This document shows, piece after piece, positions 13,146 to 24,085 of a stretch of DNA of 64,000 nt. The stretch comes from Eledone cirrhosa. Taxonomy: Eukaryota. Where the stretch lies: the NCBI GenBank assembly GCA_964016885.1, contig OZ024758.1, positions 26,722,001 through 26,786,000 of the forward strand, given 5' to 3'. The first letter of the stretch is position 1. Every line of letters starts with the position of its first letter. The notes below the pieces were generated by a model. It did not search any database and was not told the DNA's origin. It saw nothing but the letters and a program-made list of their open reading frames with translations. The position numbers were made by a program, and so were the translations under genes.

Positions 13146-13672
13146 CAGCCAAATTGACACTCCTCACCAGAGCAAGGTGTGACATGGCCAACTCTGGCCA
13201 GACTTGCCTCCCAGCGTGGACGACCTGTCTAACCCATGCAAGCATAGAAAGATGGATGCTAAATGGTGATGATTACAATACTAGCACTTATACTTATTTC
13301 AATGTCACGTAAGGAATGAAAGACAAATAGGTCTTCTATATAGAATTTGTGAAGGCATGTGGTTGAGTGGTTAGAGAATTGGATTCAAAATCGTGAGGTT
13401 GTGAGTTCAATTCCTGGACCAGGCGGTGCGTTGTGTCCTTGAGCAAGACATTTTATTTCATGTTGTTCATTCTACCTGGAGTTGTGACCGATAGATAGTA
13501 TTAGCAATGAGAAAGATCAATGGAAACATTGTTTTCATGGTCCGATTTGATGAATTGATCGACTGTTGATATAGAATTTTGTTTCAGAATTTTGTGTCTG
13601 TTTTATTTATACTAATAACAATTCTTGACATCTCGTTATGGTAATTATTATGTCTGCTTTTTATTTATTTAG

Positions 13673-13875
13673 GGTTCATTTCCTGAGAAGTTAGTATCAG
13701 GCTCAGATGATTTTACACTTTACCTGTGGCATCCAACAATAGATTCCAAACCTATCACTCGAATGACTGGTCATCAACAACTAATTAACCAAGTTCTTTT
13801 CTCACCTGATACACGAACTATTGCCAGCTGCTCTTTTGATAAGTCTGTGAAATTATGGCATGGCCGTAATGGGAA
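13673..13875 (+). CDS. NLE1: Notchless homolog 1 (WD40), internal coding exon
   Basis: Acceptor ttatttatttAG|, donor |GTaagt. Translates GSFPEKLVSGSDDFTLYLWHPTIDSKPITRMTGHQQLINQVLFSPDTRTIASCSFDKSVKLWHGRNG(K), matching the NLE1/Rsa4 signature LVSGSDDFTLxLW...RMTGHQxLINxVxFSPD. Ends in phase 2 (AA|). Confidence 0.96.
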
Positions 13876-14100
13876 GTAAGTCAACAACTTTCTTATATGT
13901 TATGTAAATCACTATGATGGATATTGGCTCAGATCTAGAGCAATTATTCATATGTTCAAATCCTGCTTCAAGCAATTAACTCTTTCATTACCATATTTAT
14001 AATGAAAGAAACTATGATTTTCAAATAATTTGGTAAATAATTAATAATTTTGAAGGATTTTGTAATATAACTAGCAAACTTTCACATTATTAAACTGGTA

Positions 14101-14441
14101 TGGAGGCACATTGCTTAGTGGTTAGAGCCTTGCAATCGAAAGGTTGCGAGTTCAATTCTCAGACCAGGTGATGTGTTGTTTCCTTGAGCAAGACACTTTA
14201 TTTCACATTGCTCCAGTTTACTCAGCTGTAGAAATGAGATGATAGGGACTGGGGTCCATATCATTCCACTGCAAAGTGGTCGTGGAGGTGCCATGGAAAA
14301 AAAGCACCCAGCACTCACTGTAAATGAGGTTGGTGTTAGGAAGGGCATCCAGCTGTAGAAATCAAGCCAGAATCAGTTCCCGTCCCACCCTTGCAAGCAG
14401 GGAAAAGCAGATGTAAAATGATAATGATGATGATGATGATG
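14101..14441 (+). mobile_element. tRNA-derived CORE-like SINE (family B) with (GAT)n tail
   Basis: gcttagtggttagagc (A box), gagttcaattc (B box), CORE-like ccttgagcaagacacttt, (tga)n tail. Other copies or variants: 13350-13560+, 18865-19259+, 25092-25341+, 30075-30308-, 31028-31312-, 39275-39505+, 40610-40938-, 44145-44430+, 45435-45829-, 47419-47620+, 50390-50722-, 55587-55800+, 56099-56434+. Confidence 0.88.
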
Positions 14442-14658
14442 TATATGGGATTTAACAAATGTTCTTACATAAAATTATGATGAGAGGTTAATTAATATAT
14501 ATAAACATTTAAAAATTAAACAGTTTTAAGTTCTTGAACCAGGGGCATTTTCAGGCAGTCAAGTATCAAAGTGGTTAATCAAGACATCGTATTTAGTACA
14601 GTCTTACATATGTGAATAAATATGTATTTAGCAGGTCAGTGAAAACCATTTGACCTGC

Positions 14659-14864
14659 TTAACCTTTTAGCATTTACATTACTCTATATTTACTATTGTA
14701 TTTTCACAGTAAACACTTTACCTCACATGATATCAAATCTATGAAATTTTGATATTATTTGTTTTGAGAACAATACCTTAACATAAGTATGAGCAGCCGG
14801 TTTAAATAGAAAGAGGTGAAAGAATTCTGGCCAGATGTGGCCAGTTTAAATGCTAAAGGGTTAA
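14659..14864. mobile_element. piggyBac-type MITE (TTAA...TTAA)
   Basis: ttaaccttttagcattta ... taaatgctaaagggttaa inverted termini with TTAA at both ends. Confidence 0.8.
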
Positions 14865-15286
14865 TATATCATTCAGTCTTTAACATAAACATCTTATTTT
14901 TAAACATGTACTTTAGAAAACATATCCAAAAAGACAAGACAGTTCACAGAATACCAGTTGGATATATCTTTGATTATCTATATATTTTTATACTTAATTA
15001 GAGCTACTCAACAACAACAATGAAAAATGCTTAGTTCCAAATATGTACACTCATTAGCACTAATGATAAAAGATATTTCCATCAGTAAAATACCTTCTCT
15101 ATCAATGTAGTGTCTGTATTTATAGAACTAGCCTGAGGTGGTTGTTATTTTTCCTTTTTATAATTTGTTAGAAGATAAATTTAAAGGGTATCTGTGCATA
15201 ATAATTTTATAGAATGTTCTTAGTTCAGGTAGGTGACATGGGTGCTGTTGATGTTTAACACTTTAGCATTTACATTACTCTATATC

Positions 15287-15622
15287 ATCATCATCATTTC
15301 ATTTTACGTCCGCTTTTTCCCTGCTTGCAAGGGTGGGACGGTAACTGATTCTGGCTTGATTTCTACAGCTGGATGCCGTTCCTAACACCAACCTCATTTA
15401 CGGTGAGTGCTGGGTGCTTTTTTGCCGTGGCACCTCCACGACCACTTTGCAGTGGAATGATAGGGACCCCAGTCCCTATCATCTCATTTCTACAGCTGAG
15501 TAAACTGGAGCAATGTGAAATAAAGTGTCTTGCTCAAGGAAACAACACATCACCCGGTCTGAGAATTGAACTCACAACCTTTCGATTGCAAGACCAATGC
15601 TCTAACCACTAAGCCATGTGCC
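15287..15622 (-). mobile_element. Family B SINE, inverted relative to 14101-14441
   Basis: Near-complete reverse complement of the 14101 copy; nested in another TTAA MITE (~15255-15918). Confidence 0.88.
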
Positions 15623-15670
15623 TCTATATATACTATTGTATTTTGTGGTAAAGGCTTTATCTTACATAAT

Positions 15671-15841
15671 TACCGTATTTCCCGGCGTCGAAGGCGCTTC
15701 GTCCTCAAGGTCAGACCCTAATTTTGACAACCAAAAATTTGAAACTAATAATAAACAACTTTCGGCTTCCAGGACGCATGTTAGATTTTTGAGACTTGTT
15801 TTAGGGAAAAAGTAGCGTCTTCAACGCCAGCGAATACAGTA
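15671..15841. mobile_element. Tc1/pogo-type MITE
   Basis: TA|ccgtatttcccggcgtcgaaggcgc ... gcgtcttcaacgccagcgaatacag|TA imperfect TIRs. Confidence 0.7.
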
Positions 15842-17752
15842 CCTCACATAATATCGAATCTAGAAGATTTTGGGAGAATTCTGGCCGGATACAGCTGGTT
15901 TAAATGCTAAAGGGTTAAGGAGAAATATGGGTAGAAGTTCCAGCAAGAAGCAGTTTTGGTGTGCTTGGTTGGGGAAAAATATAGTCTAGGAGTCTGGGAA
16001 GTGAATTACATGAAGGTGATACATGAAAGGAAAGTGAATGTATTTAGTTGGTTTTTGTGTATGTAGCATAGATTTTGCAACTTTAGAGTATTTACCATAT
16101 CTACTAAAATATAAGTTGAACTGAATATAAGCTGACCCCCTATTTTATATGAGGACTGAGCAAAAATCTAAACGCCCTTTATATACTAAAAAGTTCAAAT
16201 TATAAAAATCTGTTGGAAATATTTTCATGGGGATGCGTAAATAACACCAATGACAATGTGGTAAATGTCGAAAAAACTGTTTCATTGTAAAATAATCACT
16301 GGAGATATTTTAGCACTTTATTTACATAGAATTTGAAGTTGGTGAAAAATATAACCCCCCCCCCCCCCCCATTTTACTATCGATTTTTTTTTTTGGGGGG
16401 GGGGGGGGGCACATATTCTTCAGCTTATATTTGAGCATACCCGGTAAGTTGTAGCTGAGGCAGAAGCAGCATATGGCATGAAGATAGGCTAGAATTTTGG
16501 AGAGGTTATATTATCAAAACAAATGATATACCCCAGATGAAGGAGACACATGAACTGGAAATAAATGTTAAAGTGAGGTAAACTGGAAAGTAAATTTGAA
16601 GGCAATGGCTAATTGGCAGGATGTGGTAAAGAGGAATGGTCACATAAACCCATTCCAGTAAAAAAAATTAAATATGAAAACATTGGCAATCATAGCGATT
16701 AGTTGGTATAAGGAGTGCTTTCTTTGATATAACATCTGAATTTATTCTCTCTTAAGTATTCTAACTTTTCTTTTATTTATCTTACTGGCTATCATCATAA
16801 ACTCCATCATCCAATATTTTCACAATGTGAACATATTTTACCGTATCTCCAAGAGTTTGTATATATACCTAAGTGTTCATATCTGTTTGTGTATGTGCAT
16901 TGTATATAGAATAAATACACTGAATTCATTCATGTGTGGGTTTTATTTTAATTACATGTATATGCATATTTATATGGACTCTGTGATTTTTTTTTCTTGT
17001 TCCTCTTTTTTGTCCTATTTTTTCCTTAATCTCAAGACTTAAGTCATTGATATTTGATATCATCCAACTCTTAAGCAAGAACTATGGAGGTTCTTGCTAT
17101 GTTTTTAATCTACAGTCCCAAATTAGTTACATTATTTTATATATACTATTATATTTTAATGGTAAAGGCACATAATTATCTCACATAATATCGAACCTAT
17201 GAGATTTTGAAAGTATTTATTTTGAAAACAATACCTTAACATCAGTTTGAGCGACCAGTTACAGCCAGTTTCAACAGAAAGAGGTAGAGAACTCTGGCCG
17301 GTTTTGGCCGGTTTGAACACTAAAGGGTTAAACTGGTTTCCTTCATAACTTTTGGAAGTAATAACTGAGAAGAATTTCCAAAAGGATTGATACTTTGTGT
17401 CAATCTATTTGGGCTCAATGGTGCTTATGGAATCTCCTACAGAAGGATAGATACTTAACCCTAAAAAAACCGTGAGAAACAGGTTCATAAAAGCCCAGCT
17501 AAATCTGCATAGCTCACAACTGTGAGCTATTAAAAAATATTATTTTATTGGTGGATTAGTAGAATCATTAGAGGATCAAACAAAATACTTTATAGTACTT
17601 TCTGAGTTCAAATCCCACCAAGGTCAACTTTGCCCTTCAACCTGTCAGGGTTGATAAAGTACCAGCCAAGTACTGCAGTTGAATAAATTATCAAACTTCT
17701 TCCCCAAATTTCTGGCTTAAGAAATAAATAAATCATTTTTGTTCTTATTAAA

Positions 17753-18230
17753 TACGAGGGTCAGCTGAAAAATTCATAGGCTGACCAAGATACTCTCATG
17801 GAATTCTCTGCATTCTCAATTCAAATCCTGCTGAAATCAGCTTGGCTTTTCAACGTTTCATGCCTGGAGGATAGATTTCGTCAGGTTTAGAATGCCCAAG
17901 AAATTCCCCATGACTCCATCAGAAGATACAATTCCATACGTCCATACAATACGAGGGTCAGCTAACCAAGATACCCTCATGGAATGACCAAATGAGGTTT
18001 ATTTTCCAACATAATCCCTAGAAAAAAAATAATTAACGAGAAGACCTCAAATTAATGCATGCAAAATTTCACAGCTCTAGCAACAATCTTTTATAGTCAT
18101 CCTATGAACTTTTCAGCCTACCCTCATGTATATATATATTATTTATACTCCAGTCCTACAAACTGTAGAGTGCTACTTATCCGATATCTGCATTGCTTTA
18201 TTGTACTACAATAAAACTCACCTCCTACAT

Positions 18231-18261
<31 letters not shown>

Positions 18262-18265
18262 ATTG

Positions 18266-18300
<35 letters not shown>

Positions 18301-18784
18301 GGTAGGCTGAAAAGTTCATAGGATGACTATAAAGGATTGAGCTTCTGACAGGAACTAATAGATTGATTCTTTTTAGCTTCCCGTCCCCACGTAAAATATG
18401 TAAATCAGGGGCCAGTTGACAGATAGAGTCCTATCAGTTGCCAGTTGCTAATCGCTTTACCGTGTCGGTTGTCACAAACAGTTATGACCGGCGCGGGTCT
18501 TTCGATTGGTTATTGATTAGGCGATACCCGCTGATGAAGCAGCATAAGCCAATTGTGCATTGTTGCATAATATATGCAGACAGATGGTGCAGTGCACCTT
18601 ACTGCTGCATTAGTGCGGCAGAAACTCGAGTCCGGGAACCTTGTAGGCACCCGTTTTACGTGTGTTGTGTTGAGGCAAATAACTATGTGTATACTCTGGT
18701 AATGTATCTTACATTGCCCATTGAGTGCGCTGAGATACAACCGGTACTGGCATTGATAAATATGGTGGGTCCATCAACCCTTAT

Positions 18785-18785
<1 letters not shown>
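17753..18785. mobile_element. Mariner-type non-autonomous element fragments (TIR tacgagggtNrgctgaaaaNttcatagg)
   Basis: TIR-like words at 17753, 17950 and 18297 (+) and inverted at ~18100-18128. Confidence 0.6.
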
Positions 18786-18820
<35 letters not shown>

Positions 18821-18821
18821 C

Positions 18822-18852
<31 letters not shown>

Positions 18853-19298
18853 CAATATATAACATGGAGGCACATGGCTTAGTGGTTAGAGCATTGGACT
18901 TGCAATCGAAAGGTTGTTAGTTCAATTCTCAGACCGGGTGATGTGTTGTTTCCTTGAGCAAGGCACTTTATTTCACATTGATCCAGTTTACTCAGCTGTA
19001 GAAATGAGATGATAGGGACTGGGTTCCCTATCATTCCACTGCAAAGTGGACGTGGAGGTGCCACGGCAAAAAAGCACCCAGCACTCACTGTAAAGTGGTC
19101 ATGGAGGTGCCACGGCAAAAAAGCACCCAGCACTCACTGTAAATGAGGTTGGTGTTAGGAAGGGCATCCAGCTGTAGAAATCAAGCCAGAATCAGTTCCC
19201 GTCCCACCCTTGCAAGCAGGGAAAAGCGGACGTAAAATGAAATGAAATGATGAAATGAATATATTAATAAATGGAAACTATATTTATAAAACCATAAT

Positions 19299-19364
19299 TA
19301 TTTTATTATATATATTTCAAGGGCAACCAAGGCAAATTATGGTGCGCTTTCATCAGATAAAATA
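19299..19364 (-). ncRNA. Minimal type-I hammerhead ribozyme motif (degenerate stem II closing pair) in an F2 element (19261-19425)
   Basis: Minus strand: tattttat CTGATGA aagcgcacca..tggttgccctt GAAA tatata TA ataaaata. 8-bp perfect stem I, imperfect stem II, palindromic stem III. Confidence 0.65.
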
Positions 19365-19485
19365 CAGATTTGTTTTATAAATAAATATTGACATACCCAA
19401 CAAATTAAATATAACCTCTGCATATATATATATAATTAATATTAATTCAAAATATTAACAAAATAGATATTCTTGTAATCAAGTA

Positions 19486-19552
19486 TATTTTATTATACAT
19501 ATTTCAGAGGTACTGAGATAACTTCAACAATATGTCCTCATCAGATAAAATA
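19486..19552 (-). ncRNA. Degenerate minimal type-I hammerhead motif
   Basis: Minus strand: tattttat CTGATGA ggac...gtacctct GAAA tatgta TA ataaaata. Stem I perfect, stem II weak. Confidence 0.5.
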
Positions 19553-19634
19553 AGATGATGCTTGACATACCCTGACATAGTAGATGGTTAAGATTCAGTC
19601 ATGGTATATATTATACATATATATATATATATTC

Positions 19635-19860
19635 ATCATCATAATCGTTTAATGTCCATTTTCCACACTCGCATGGATTTGGACGGGAGTTTTCCCACTT
19701 GAGGCAAGAGTGGTTGTCTTGCTCGCATAGGACTGTCTGGCGGGTTTTCTACGGCTGGATGCCCTTCCTAACCCCAACCACACTCACAGTGTGGAACTGG
19801 GAGGTTTTTACCGTGTTGCCTACACGGCCACATTACAGCGTGGACTGTGTGTTTTTTTTA
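19635..19860 (-). mobile_element. SINE 3' portion (family C; also ~6455-6660+, 20257-20405+, 25462-25692-, 32150-32405+)
   Basis: (cat)n tail, gtttaatgtccat..., cttgaggcaagagtgg, ggatgcccttcctaac. Confidence 0.8.
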
Positions 19861-19986
19861 TATTATATATATATATATTATACATATATATATATATTAT
19901 ATATGTGTATATATATATATATATTCTCATTAAATCTGTGCCCATTCTCATATAACTTAATATGTTACTTAATATTTTACTTGCAG

Positions 19987-20146
19987 ATTTCTGACAACAC
20001 TTCGAGGTCATGTGACTCGAGTTTATCAAATTGCTTGGTCAGCTGATAGTCGCCTACTCAGTAGCTCAAGTGCTGACTCCACTATCAAAGTTTGGGATAT
20101 GACAACAAAGAAGCTGTTACATGATCTCCCAGGACATGCTGATGAG
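19987..20146 (+). CDS. NLE1: Notchless homolog 1, next coding exon (160 nt)
   Basis: Acceptor ttttacttgcAG|; the first A completes AA|A = Lys. Translates FLTTLRGHVTRVYQIAWSADSRLLSSSSADSTIKVWDMTTKKLLHDLPGHADE, donor |GTaatt. Matches NLE1 VYQIAWSADSRLL...DLPGHADE. Confidence 0.97.
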
Positions 20147-20404
20147 GTAATTCCTACAGTATTATTTTATATAAACACCGACATATTAATTCCAACAGTT
20201 TTATCACAACAGTTGCATTGTATATCTTCAGAACATAGCAAGCATTATATATTTGTAACGTGGTTGGTGTTAAGAAGGGCATCCAGCCGTAGAAAACCCG
20301 CCAGACAGTCCTGAGCAAGACAACCAATCTTGCCTCAAGTGGGACAATTCCCGTTCAGGCCCATGCTAGCGTGGAAGATGGACGTTAAACGATGACGATG
20401 ATGA

Positions 20405-22083
20405 TACTATAATATATAGCAAGCATAGTATATTTGTATACTATAATATATAGCAAGCATAGTATATTTGTATACTATAATATATATAGCAAGCATAATA
20501 TATTTGTATACTATAATATATATATAGCAAGCATAGTATATTTGTATACTATAATATATATAGCAAGCATAGTATATTTGTATACTATAATATATATATA
20601 GCAAGCAAAGTATATTTGTATACTATAATATATATATAGCAAGCATAGTATATTTGTATACTATAATATATATATAGCAAGCATAGTATATTTGTATACT
20701 ATAATATATATATAGCAAGCATAGTATATTTGTATACTATAATATATATAGCAAGCATAGTATATTTGTATACTATAATATATAGCAAGCATAGTATATT
20801 TGTATACTATAATATATATATATAGCAAGCATAGTATATTTGTATACTATAATATATATAGCAAGCATAATATATTTGTATACTATAATATATATATAGC
20901 AAGCATAGTATATTTGTATACTATAATATATATAGCAAGCATAGTATATTTGTATACTATAATATATATATAGCAAGCATAGTATATTTGTATACTATAA
21001 TATATATATAGCAAGCATAGTATATTTGTATACTATAATATATATATAGCAAGCATAGTATATTTGTATACTATAATATATATATAGCAAGCATAGTATA
21101 TTTGTATACTATAATATATATAGCAAGCATAGTATATTTGTATACTATAATATATAGCAAGCATAGTATATTTGTATACTATAATATATATATATAGCAA
21201 GCATAGTATATTTGTCTACTATAATATATATATAGCAAGCATAGTATATTTGTCTACTATAATATATATATAGCAAGCATAGTATATTTGTATACTATAA
21301 TATATATATAGCAAGCATAGTATATTTGTATACTATAATATATATATAGCAAGCATAGTATATTTGTATACTATAATATATAGCAAGCATAGTATATTTG
21401 TATACTATAATATATATATATAGCAAGCATAGTATATTTGTATACTATAATATATATATAGCAAGCATAGTATATTTGTATACTATAATATATATATAGC
21501 AAGCATAGTATATTTGTATACTATAATATATATATAGCAAGCATAGTATATTTGTATACTATAATATATATAGCAAGCATAATATATTTGTATACTATAA
21601 TATATATATAGCAAGCATAATATATTTGTATACTATAATATATATATAGCAAGCATAGTATATTTGTATACTATAATATATATATAGCAAGCATAGTATA
21701 TTTGTATACTATAATATATATAACAAGCATAGTATATTTGTATACTATAATATATAGCAAGCATAGTATATTTGTATACTATAATATATATAGCAAGCAT
21801 AATATATTTGTATACTATAATATATATATAGCAAGCATAGTATATTTGTATACTATAATATATATATAGCAAGCATAGTATATTTGTATACTATAATATA
21901 TATAGCAAGCATAGTATATTTGTATACTATAATATATATATAGCAAGCATAATATATTTGTATACTATAATATATATAGAAAGCATAGTATATTTGTATA
22001 CTATAATATATATAGCAAGCATAGTATATTTGTATACTATAATATATATATAGCAAGCATAGTATATTTGTATACTATAATAT
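20405..22083. repeat. ~36-bp AT-rich satellite (tactataa(ta)n gcaagcatagtatatttgta), ~45 units with variable TA count
   Basis: Direct periodicity. Confidence 0.95.
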
Positions 22084-22356
22084 TTTGGGGCTTCTTTGTG
22101 TTGTTTTCAGTTTTTTAACAGTTCGTAGTAAGAATGGTTTTAATTGTGAAAATACTCACTATATTAATTGCTGCATGGCTAAATAGTTAAGGATATGTAT
22201 CATCATCATCGTTTAACATCCATTTTTCCATGTTAGTATGGGTTAGACGAGTTGTCCTGTTGTGGGTAATGCTAGGTTAGGTGACCATGTTTTGCTTATA
22301 TAGAACTGTTTCTGGCTTGCTTTCTACACTTGGATGCCCTTCCTAACACCATCCTT

Positions 22357-22760
22357 ATTTACAGTGTGTGCTGGGTGCTTTTTGTTGTGACACCTACACG
22401 ACCACTTTACAGTGTGGACTAGATGCTTTTTGTTATGACACCTACACGACCACTTTACAGTGTGGACTGGGTGCTTTTTATCATAACACCTACAGGACCA
22501 CTTTACAGTGTGGACTGGGTGCTTTTTATCATAACAACTACAGGACCACTTTACAGTGTGGGCTGAGCACTTTTTGTTGTGACACCTACACAACCACTTT
22601 AGAGTGTACTGGGTGCTTTTTGTTGTGACACCTACACGACCACTTTACAGTGTGGGCTAGATGCTTTTTGTTATGACACCTACACGACCACTTTACAGTG
22701 AGTACTGGGTGCTTTTTATCATAACACCTACAGGACCACTTTACAGTGTGGACTAGGTGC
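22357..22760. repeat. 48-bp minisatellite (~8 units) from a SINE internal segment
   Basis: Unit actttacagtgtggactgggtgctttttatcataacacctacaggacc, directly following the minus-strand SINE tail at 22200-22356. Confidence 0.9.
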
Positions 22761-23195
22761 TACTATGTAAAAAGTAAACAAATAACAAAGCAAACGACAC
22801 AGTACATTGAAGAAATATATTAGTTTAATGCTTGAAATAACAGGAAAAGAGTCTTAATGTTTCAGACACTTGTCCTTCATCTGAAGATAGAATTAGAAAT
22901 ATAAGATAAAATAGAAAGAGAAAGGAACAAACCAAAAATCACACGTGCATGTTCAGTTGGCCATTTTGGAGATTTGTTTCCCAATCCTGATGTTCCAGGT
23001 TCAATCCTATGACATGGTATCTTGGAGTAGCTACCCTTTACAGTAGCCTCAAGTCAATGTAAACCTTGTGCATGAAATTAGGGAGATGTAAACTGGTAAG
23101 TCAAGGGGCCAGTATTGTATTGTCACATATTGTCATACTGAATCTCCCTGAGAATTATGGTAATGGTACATGTGTCTGTGGAATACACATTAAAT

Positions 23196-24085
23196 TTAAC
23201 CCTTTAATGTTGAAACTGGCCAAAATTCTCTACCTCTTTCTGTTGAAACTGGCTGTAACTGGCCACTCATACTGATGTTAAGGTATTGTTCTCAAAATAA
23301 ATACTTTCAAAATCTCATAGATTCGATATAATGTGAGATAATTATGTGAGATAAAGCCTTTACCATGAAAATATAATGGTATATATAGAGTAATGTAAAT
23401 GTTATGTGAGGTAAAGCATTTACCATGAAAATATAATAGTATATATAAAGTAATGTGAATGTTAAAGGGTTAACAAGTATGTTGTTCCAATATACTTGTT
23501 ATACAGATAGTTGCTCTTTTGTAATATTGAAAGTTGTCTTCTTCTAAAGAGATTACTTAACCCTTTACCAATTAAACAGGCTGTATCCGGCCAGAATTCT
23601 CTCACCTCTTTCTATTCAAACCAGCTGTAACTGGCCACTGATACTGATGTTAAGATATTGTTCTTAAGATAAATAACATCAGAATCTTGGTGATTCGATA
23701 TTATGTGAGGTAAAGCCTTTACCACAAAAATACCATAGTATATATAGAGTAATGTAAATGCTAAAGGGTTTTAATAAAGTCTATAGGCTAAAGTTTAAAG
23801 CACTCCACAAATTCAATCTTCCAAAACGACACATTCACAATTTCAATTTGTGATCATTAATAATTCCTGTTTCATATTAACCCTTTACCATTTAAACTGG
23901 CCATATCTGACCAGAATTCTCCCACCCTTTTGTTCAAACTGGCTGTAACCAGCTGCTCATACTGACATTAAGTTATTGTTCTTAAAATAAATAATATCAA
24001 AATCTCATAGATTTGATATTATGAGAGATATTACGTGAGATAAAGCTTTTACCTTGAAAATATAAAGTAAATGGTAAAGGGTTAA
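23196..24085. mobile_element. Cluster of three piggyBac-type TTAA MITEs (23196-23473, 23557-23772, 23877-24085)
   Basis: Each starts ttaacccttta and ends taaagggtt(aa); homologous bodies. Further copies at 17140-17331, 28312-28438 and 36319-36620. Confidence 0.82.

Noticed and set aside
7579-13160. Dozens of 64-aa ORFs / possible CRISPR-like array
   Set aside because: The ORFs are the translation of a 134-bp tandem unit (not a multiple of 3). Units are near-identical with no unique spacers, no cas genes, and the context is eukaryotic.
14101-14170. tRNA gene-like A/B boxes (also at many other positions)
   Set aside because: These are SINE heads continuing into CORE-like bodies and tails; no complete cloverleaf.
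18438-18920. 160-aa ORF
   Set aside because: Spans a mariner-type remnant, (TA)n and a SINE head; no coherent protein motif.
20147-20314. Extension of the 100-aa ORF 20012-20314 beyond GHADE
   Set aside because: Read-through into the intron past the GT donor at 20147; NLE1 similarity resumes at 26340.
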